57,125 nt of DNA from Emiliania huxleyi CCMP1516 (taxonomy: Eukaryota): contig NW_005201223.1 in the NCBI RefSeq assembly GCF_000372725.1, positions 160,361 through 217,485 of the forward strand, in the 5' to 3' direction. Positions 49,651-57,125 of this stretch are shown piece after piece. The notes beneath the pieces are model-generated. The model was not told the DNA's origin. It did not search any database and was given only the letters and a program-made list of their open reading frames with translations. Position 1 is the stretch's first letter. Each line of letters opens with the position of its first letter. The translations under genes and the position numbers were made by a program.

Positions 49651-51220
49651 CGAAGACGAGGTGGCCTCCATCCGAGCCGCGCGCGACGACAACATCTACT
49701 ACACCTTGCGCGGCGGCAAAATCTCTGAGTTCTACCCCAAGGGCGTCAGCCTCCCCACTTCTGAGTCTCTTCCAACACCGGAGTCAGTCATCGATGGCAC
49801 TTGCAAATCAGGAAGCCCGTATGCGCGGGCGCTTGCTGCCATCGAGACTATCTGGAACTGGTTCGATCTGCAGAAGGAGTGGCGCGCCCTTGACGACTAC
49901 ACAGCAGCCAACTGGCAGCCCGGCGACACCAAGATACGTTACCGTGAGTCCATCCGCTACGTCTCAACTTCGCAGCCTTACGCGGGGCGGTGGCTCGACA
50001 CCAAACTTGACGGCAGCAACGCCACAACCATTCCAGACGACATATTCATCGGCGAACTTCAGCGCCGAAACGGTCTTCACCTCTCGCAGTGCCGCTCGAC
50101 TGTCACGCGGGCACTCGAGCTTGGGGACACAGTCGGTGGTGCAAAGGACTACCATGGCGACTGGTTCCTCAACAACGCCGCCCGGCGGCGCCCACACGAC
50201 GGCGTACTTCGCGCCTGGTACGATTGTGTCGCCGCCGTCTCCATCTCCCGGCCCGTTATGGGAGATGCCGAAAAACCTGAGCTCACCAAACAGTTCAACG
50301 AGGGCTACAAAACCGACCTGGCTGAGCCGGGCGCGGCTCCCGGGGGCAAAGACGAGATCAGTGAGGTCAAACTTTGGACCCCCCTCCGGGGTGGCTTGCC
50401 TGTTGGGGTCGGCCGCGCCGACACCGGAGGCAACCCCGGCTCCGTTGGAGACAAGTTCGCCTTCGGCAACACCGAAGAGCGCGCCCGCCTTGCAAACATG
50501 GGCTGCAAGCAACGCGGGTTCCGTGGTCAACGGGCGTTCGACCACACCACCGGCCAAGGCTACGTCAAGTCACAGCGTGGCCACTACCATGATGGGATCT
50601 TCGGCAAACGAAACAAGTTCAACCTGCTTCTCCACGAGACATTCGGCGGCGGCTTCTCGCCGCCTGCAGTTGCAAAGATCAACTGCCTTGCGCGCAAGGC
50701 TCAGCGCTCGGGCGTTGACCGCACCGCGTACCCTCCCCACTCCCGCCTCTCATTTGTGTCACACCACGCGGAACGCATCTCCATCGCTTCGGTGAAGGGG
50801 GTGAACCGTGCCATCCTCGATCGCCGTGCTAAGCTCGCTTCCGAGCTCTCACGCCGCGCGTAGGGCCCCTAGGGGCCTAGAGAACACAACCCCCTCTCTC
50901 TTTTCTCCCAGTAAGCTAAAAATACGTACGTACAAGAGAGAGAGAGAGACTGCAGTTGCAAAGATCAACCGCCTTGCGCGCAAGGCTCAACGCTCGGGCG
51001 TTGACCGCACCGCGTACCCTCCCCACTCCCGCCTCTCATTTGTGTCACACCACGCGGAACGCATCTCCATCGCTTCGGTGAAGGGGGTGAACCGTGCCAT
51101 CCTCGATCGCCGTGCTAAGCTCGCTTCCGAGCTCTCACGCCGCGCGTAGGGCCCCTAGGGGCCTAGAGAACACAACCCCCTCTCTCTTTTCTCCCAGTAA
51201 GCTAAAAGTACGTACAAGAG
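49650..51220 (+). mobile_element. 5'-truncated CRE/R2-type non-LTR retrotransposon (RLE endonuclease C-terminus, ORF to 50863) plus tandem copy of its 3' ~270 bp
   Basis: AGRWL, F..ELQRRNGL, D.HGD, R.HD.V, TD...EVK, HETFGG match the C-terminal motif order of RLE-clade elements. 50664-50938 is repeated at 50950-51220, separated by (AG)n. Confidence 0.8.
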
Positions 51221-51258
51221 GAACTCGTTCAGCTGATAAAGCGTACGCGATTTCACAA

Positions 51259-52609
51259 ATGTCTGCTTCAACAACGACAACTCGCCACTGCCAATAACAT
51301 CCGCCGACGAGACGTCGTCCGTCACGCTCGTCAACCAGCGCAGCAAGGCAGCGTGCGTCGCGGGCCAGTCGTTCGGCTGCGACGGCAGCGGGCGCGTGTG
51401 GGCGACGCAGTGCCGAGGCTTCTTCCGCTGCGGGGGCGAGAACGACGCGCGCTTCGGGTGCGGTTTCCCGGCGGGGCAGGCGTACTACACGTGCCAGTGT
51501 GCCGCACGCGCGCGCCGCGGGCGCAGGCGGGCCGTCACGCATCGCCACGGTGCGTGCGCCGTGACGTTGCTGGAGCAGCACTCCCACGCGGAGTGCGTGC
51601 CGGGCACGACATTCGGCTGCGATGAATCGGACGCGTCCGGGCGAAGCGTGTGGGTGCAAGGCTGCCGCGGCGTGTTTCGATGCACCGGCGACGCCTCCTT
51701 CCACTGCGGCTGGCCGCCTTCTCCCGATGCGAAGCGCCGCTTCTCGTGCAGCTGCGACCGGCGCGACGAGGTGCTACCGGGGTGCACGACGAGCGCGTGC
51801 CTCCGGCTGAGAGCGACGGTCAGCATCGATGCCGACCTCCCGGCATCGGCGGCGCTCGTCGTCGTCGGCGCGCACCATTTCGGCGGCGACGCGAACGACC
51901 CGGTCTACGAGGCGGTGCGTCCCGTCGCGTGGTCGAGCGTGCTCCTCGTCGAGGCGAGCCCGCTCGTCTTCCGCTCGCTCCAGGCGCGCGTAGCGGCGGC
52001 CCGACGCCACGGGTCGCGCGCGATCGGCTCCGGCTGGTCAACGAGGGCGTCTGCCCCCACGCCGCCGGGCGGCGGCTGCTCCCGTTCTACTCGATGCCGC
52101 AGCTCGGCGGTCTGCCGGCGTGGGCGTCCCAGATCGGCTCGTTCGACGCCGCCCACCTCGAGGGGCACTTCCCGCGGCTGGCGCAGCTCAGCGCGAGCGC
52201 AACCACCGGCGGCGCCGGCTACAGCGTCTCGCGACTGCGGGCGAGCGTCCAAGTCTCAAACGTGAGCTGCGGCTCGCTGCTCGACCTGCTGCGCGGGCAG
52301 CGCCTGCCGCGGCCGGGCCTCCTGATGATCGACACCGAGGGGCTCGACTGCGAGATCGTCGCCTCGCAAGACTGGGCGTCGGCGGCGTGGTGCGAGCTGA
52401 GCCCGACGGTGCTGCTCTTCGAGTGGAAGCACTGCACCGAGGCCTCGTACAAACTGGCGCGGCGCGCCCTCGAGCGCAGCGAGTGCCGTGGGTCGCGTCC
52501 GCTGCCGCCGTACCGTCTCGTCGTCGAGGACAGCGAGAACACGATCTTCACGCGGCGGCCGCGCGAGTTTTGGAGGGAGGAGATGGCGAGGCAAGGGGCG
52601 CAAGCATAG
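51259..52609 (+). pseudogene. Two DUF3011/ADEL-lectin-like Cys modules + FkbM-like methyltransferase; frameshifted
   Basis: VTLVNQRSKAACVAGQSFGC...VWATQCRGFFRC x2, VVVGAH..G, LLVEASP, LLMIDTEGLDCEIV, LFEWKH. Frame change near 52000 and the ATG at 51259 is out of frame. Confidence 0.65.
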
Positions 52610-52779
52610 CGTGATTTCTCTCTCGGTCGCTCAATTTCAGTACGGTAGGTAGACGGCACATGCGGCTCGAGGCAGTAGGCCAGCTGTGGGTACATTTTCA
52701 CACGGGGCTAGTTGCACCGGTGGGCGGCCGGAATGGTACTCAATACGCATTTTTTCTTTTTCTCGCGATATATACATAT

Positions 52780-54305
52780 ATGACCTGGCCACCAGTGGCC
52801 ACACACACGGCGCCGCTCGAGCGCCGCCTCGCCGCCGCCGCCGCCGCCGCGCACTGTCCCCTCCTCGACCTCCCCACGGACCTCCTCGTGCGCGTCCTCT
52901 CTCGCTGCGACCCCGCCGACATCGCTCGCGTCGCGGCCGTCTCGCTCCTCTTCTTCGCCTCGCTCGCGGAGGAGGGCATCCGCTTGTGGGCGCAAGAGCG
53001 CCCGCGGCTACGAGCTGCCGGCGCAGCCAGAGGACGAGAGCTGCGCCGTGCGGTGGCTGTGCTTCGCTGCGCTGCTGCGCGAGTCCAACCCGCCGGCGAG
53101 GGTGGCCGCAGGCGAACTTCACAGCCTCTTCATTGACGGCGAGGGGCGGCTCTGGTCGTGCGGCTCGGCGCCGTCCTACCTTCCTCCTCAGCCAGGGCTG
53201 CTCGGGCACGGCGAGGGCGTGACGCAGCTCAACACGCCGACCCGCCTCCCGTCGACACTGGGTGCGCGCGCCGTGAGCGTGGAGGGAGGCGCGGTGTGGC
53301 GGTGGGGGCGCAGCCGAGCCAGACACCAGCCGGCGCAGCGTCGTCAGCGTCTCGCGCGCGCGGTGTGCGGCGTGGCCGCCAGGACGACGCCGAGGAGGAG
53401 GAGCAGGGGCGGCAGCAGCAGCAGTCCGGCGACCAGCGCAGGGACGGCAAGCAGAGCGCCTCCGAGCAAAGCCAGGGCCCGTCTCCAGAGGCGTAGGGCG
53501 GACAGCCCGCCGCCCGCGCCGCCCGCGCCCGTCCCCGGTGCGAGCAGCCCGCTCAGCGGCAGCGGCGTGGCGGCGCAGCCGCCCGCGAGTGCCGGCGCCG
53601 CCGGAAGGTTGGCTACGAGCAGCGAGAGCGCCTCCCACGCCGCCGATAGCTGGAGCAGCCCCGCCGCCGCCGCCGCGCGCGCGTTGTGCGCGGCGAGCCT
53701 GCGCGCTGAATACGCCAACCTCAGGGCGGGAAGGCGGTCTGTGCAGAGTCTTCCGACGGCGGGAAGCACGCACAGCCTCGCCCTGACCGCCGACGGCGCT
53801 GTCTGGAGTTGGGGCGATGGTTGCTTTGGTCGCTTGGGCCACGGCGACGGGCAGAGCCAGCTCCTGCCGAAGAAGGTGGCGGCGTTGGCTAACCAGCGTG
53901 TCGTCGCTGTGTTGGCTGGAGGCGGGCACAACCTCGCCCTCACCGCCGACGGCGCTGTCTGGAGCTGGGGCTCGGGAAGCCAAGGCCAGTTGGGCCACGG
54001 CGACCAGCAGGGCCAGCTACTGCCGAAGAAGATCGAGGCCTTTGCTGGCCAACGCGTCGTCGCTGTGTCCGCTGGGGTCTTCTACAGCCTCGCCCTCACC
54101 GCCGACGGCGCTGTCTGGAGCTGGGGCGATGGAGGCTACGCCCAGCTGGGCCACGGCGACGAGCAGAACCAGCAGTGGCTGCCCAAGAAGATCGAGGGCT
54201 TGGCTGGCCAGCGCGTCGTCGCCGTGTCGGCAGCACACTACTGCCCTCGCCGTCACCGCCGACGGCACCGTCTGGAGCTGGGGCCGCGGGGCCGAGGGCC
54301 AGCTA
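52780..54305 (+). pseudogene. Disrupted paralog of the F-box/RCC1 gene
   Basis: Close similarity to 34774-36153. Frameshifts near 53005 and 54240, a foreign insert at ~53281-53756, and truncation mid-repeat. Confidence 0.85.
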
Positions 54306-54375
54306 GTGCTAGTTGCTGCGTATTTACCTGTCTTGTGTGTGTGTGCGTCACGCAGGAAAGCAGGATTGTTGAATC

Positions 54376-56064
54376 ATGACAGTGGACAAAGCAGCTACCA
54401 AGATCCAGGCGCTGGCGCGTGGCAACTCGGGTCGTGCTCTGAATATCGAGAAGGTCGACTGGCCGGAGTTCGAAAAGAAGGCGAAGGAACTTCTCGGCGT
54501 TGAAAATATCGACAAAGTCAAAGACGCGAACCTGGAAATTCTTGTGAAGGAGGGCATATGCTCAAGCGCCGTGCTCCAGCGGTACAAAGCCCGTCGCGAT
54601 GCAAGCATTTCGGCTGGGAATGACGAAAGACAACAGAAGTTAAGAGAGAAAAAGCTTCCGCTTCCCGAGTTGCCAAAGGGGATGGAGCTATCGATGGACA
54701 ATTTTACCGCTTTCGAGGCTACGGCTAAGGAAACGTTACGGGAAGTGAGCCTTCCAGAAGACAAGACACAAGCCCACTCGATAAAGTTTGACGAGCTCAC
54801 TGGTGCACACTGGATGTCAGTGGCATGTAATTGCCTCATTTTCAAGGGCCGCACCCTCAAAGACTTCAACTCGAATGGTGGTGATGCTGCTGTGGAGCCT
54901 CTCTTCACGGTCCCCAACGTGTACTTCAATGACAATCACATCTTCCAGCCTGCTCAGATTTCGCTGATAGCTTTCACGAGTGCTACTACAGAATCACGGC
55001 ACGTGGACCGCGCTGCAATGATGGGCGTGGAAGCGTCCGCCTCCGTTCAGTCGCCGTGGATCTCTGGATCGGCATCATTCGGCGCGAACTGCAGCAACAA
55101 GAAGTTGGAGAAGGGTGAGTCGGTGACGACTACCGCTACATATGTCTTTCCGGTCGGGTACTTCAACCTGCCAACAGATTATCACCATGCGCAGAAATTC
55201 CCTATCAAGATCAACCCGCAATTTGAGAGCGACGTCTGCGAAATGCTCGATCGGAAGTTGAAGGGCGACGCTCTCAGGAAGGCAATCCAGGCAAAGTACG
55301 GCGATTTTGTTGCGCTGAAACCGTTGGTTGGGCTTGCTGCGTATACCAAAGAAACAAAGGAGACATCAAAGGTCCAAGATTTGGCTGCTGCTGCGCGTCA
55401 CTTTGAAGCGGCCGTAGCGGGGTCGTTTGCATCAGCAAGTGCAGCTGGGAAGGAGAAGTCGAAGGCTGAGACGGGAATCGGCACCAGCAAATCGACGTAC
55501 CGATTCACATCGATTGCGGGCAACCTGCCCAATCCGAACATACCTGGAAGCCTCGCCAACGAGCGCCGTGTGCCGAATGCTTGGCGCCTCGTCCACATGG
55601 GAGACCGGCTCAAGCCGGTGGTCGACTTTCTCTCTCCTACTACCCGAGCGCGTTTGGACAAGGCGGCGCCTACGCAGGAAAAGGTCCCGGCGGAGGCGGC
55701 GTCCAAGTTACCACCGTGGGCGTTTGAGGGCGCAGTCGTGAAATGTGGCGATGCGATCTACAAGATTGAGAAAGGGAAAATGCGCCACTACGACTGCTGG
55801 GGAAATTATTGCAGTTGGGGCCAGCCAAAGTTGAACTACGAAGGTAACGAAGTTGGTGCGATTCCTAATGGGCTGCCCATGCCTTGGAAAGATGGAGCAA
55901 TCGTGAAAAGTGGCAATCCGATCTACATGATTAAGCAGAATAAGAAATGCCATTTTCCTTCCTGGGACATCTATGCAAGTTATGGACTTGGTCATGGCTC
56001 ATGGGTCTACGACGGACCAGATGTTGCAAGGTTGGCTGACGGGACACCTATGCCAAAGAAGTAA
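54376..56064 (+). CDS. IQ-motif + MACPF-like domain + two ~55-aa C-terminal repeats
   Basis: IQALARGNSGR fits IQxxxRGxxxR. Ser/Ala-rich TMH-like segments, KYGDFV...VG, PNAWRLV...LKPVVDFL. Intronless 562 aa, visibly lower GC than neighbours. Confidence 0.7.
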   Translation: MTVDKAATKIQALARGNSGRALNIEKVDWPEFEKKAKELLGVENIDKVKDANLEILVKEGICSSAVLQRYKARRDASISAGNDERQQKLREKKLPLPELPKGMELSMDNFTAFEATAKETLREVSLPEDKTQAHSIKFDELTGAHWMSVACNCLIFKGRTLKDFNSNGGDAAVEPLFTVPNVYFNDNHIFQPAQISLIAFTSATTESRHVDRAAMMGVEASASVQSPWISGSASFGANCSNKKLEKGESVTTTATYVFPVGYFNLPTDYHHAQKFPIKINPQFESDVCEMLDRKLKGDALRKAIQAKYGDFVALKPLVGLAAYTKETKETSKVQDLAAAARHFEAAVAGSFASASAAGKEKSKAETGIGTSKSTYRFTSIAGNLPNPNIPGSLANERRVPNAWRLVHMGDRLKPVVDFLSPTTRARLDKAAPTQEKVPAEAASKLPPWAFEGAVVKCGDAIYKIEKGKMRHYDCWGNYCSWGQPKLNYEGNEVGAIPNGLPMPWKDGAIVKSGNPIYMIKQNKKCHFPSWDIYASYGLGHGSWVYDGPDVARLADGTPMPKK

Positions 56065-56332
56065 GATTGGACTGCTCACGGTGATCATCGCAACGATGAA
56101 CGATTTTTCGAGCTGGGCGATGGTAGTTCGCGACATCAACGATTGGGCGGGTGTGTGGCAAATCGCAGCTGGAGCTGCAGGGTGCTAGAGACCATCTCAG
56201 CCCGAGTTGCGGCGTCGACGAGAAGCAGTGATAGAGTGAAGCCCTGCGCGGACACATGCGTGGGGTGGACCCTGCTTCGCCTTCGGTTGCACCGTAATCC
56301 GCATCGATCTACTGTACAGTGCGAGGCGTGGC

Positions 56333-56425
56333 GATAGAAATCGGGGCGTCGGCATCCAGCAGCCGATTTCTGTTTCGGCGAGGGAAATCGGGCGAGCCAG
56401 CAGCCGATTTCTATAAGCGATTTCT
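56333..56425. repeat. GAAATCGG/CCGATTTC inverted and direct repeat cluster
   Basis: atagaaatcgg...ccgatttctat with an internal duplicate ccagcagccgatttct. Confidence 0.6.
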
Positions 56426-57125
56426 GCCAAAATTTTCTTCGGCGCTGCGCGCCGGTCACTATACGGTCTAGATACTAGTACACTAAAAGGTTGCACTGAG
56501 ATACGAATTCAATCCTCCCGCTTAACCGTCCCTGAACCCACTAAATTGCGTCTGTACCCACGCGGCAAACATTCATTCATTTATTTCGTGTGTGCGTGCT
56601 CGCTCGTGCGCCGAACCAAGTTCTGCTTCAACAAACCCGTCGAGAGGCCACGTCACGCCGGTGTCCCCTTTTTCTGCATCTTTGTGGGTGTGGCAGCCCA
56701 CTTTGCCAGTCCCTAGAGGTGTCTTTGACATTTGACTTCGATGTCTGGTGGGGGACGATTTATGTCTGGTGGGGGACGCAGGTGCTCAAAGGTTGCGGGC
56801 GTGTCACCACTCGCGCCTTCGCTCCCGACACTGGGTTATGCAACGACATGCCGAAAAGGGAGCGATCCGCGGCGCAGGCACGCGCTGAGGCCGTGTATAG
56901 ACGCGCCAATCCGGATGATAGGGGCGATCGGGGCCGTGACCGCAGGGCCGAGAAGGTCGAGTACAGACGCAGACTCAAGAAAACGAGAGCGGAGGCCGCC
57001 GCCCTCGCGGTGCCTGACGCTGCTCCTGCGGCTCTCGTTCCCGTCCCGATTCCGTCTACCGTCCCTCGGCCACGGGCCCTCGGCCAGCACGGCAGGGGCC
57101 ACCTGCTCGTCGCGAGGCAGCCGAG

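Noticed and set aside
1..57125. tRNA/rRNA genes
   Set aside because: None recognisable by eye; tRNAscan/Infernal not run

Overview
Eukaryotic, very GC-rich algal nuclear DNA. Short introns, many with GC donors, 10-11 nt intronic minisatellites and a nucleus-encoded plastid cytochrome c6 point to a haptophyte such as Emiliania/Gephyrocapsa huxleyi (inference). There are about 20 protein genes: PABPN1, petJ, a family II Mn-pyrophosphatase, a TRIC/UPF0126 channel, a desaturase, an FMN reductase, F-box/RCC1 plus a broken paralog, a histidine phosphatase, a TDP2-like EEP nuclease, exostosin-like, cyclophilin-like and several unknowns. They are mixed with non-autonomous TIR elements (two with clear TSDs), fragments of a CRE/R2-type RLE retrotransposon and an unclassified retro-like repeat family. 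Most notable are an intronless, lower-GC IQ-motif + MACPF-like + tandem-repeat protein with no signal peptide, introns whose 5' ends copy the start of the next exon, a membrane-anchored prokaryote-type family II PPase, and a tandem RLE-retrotransposon insertion beside a gene lacking its 5' end. Gene models and domain calls were made by eye and have not been checked by database search.
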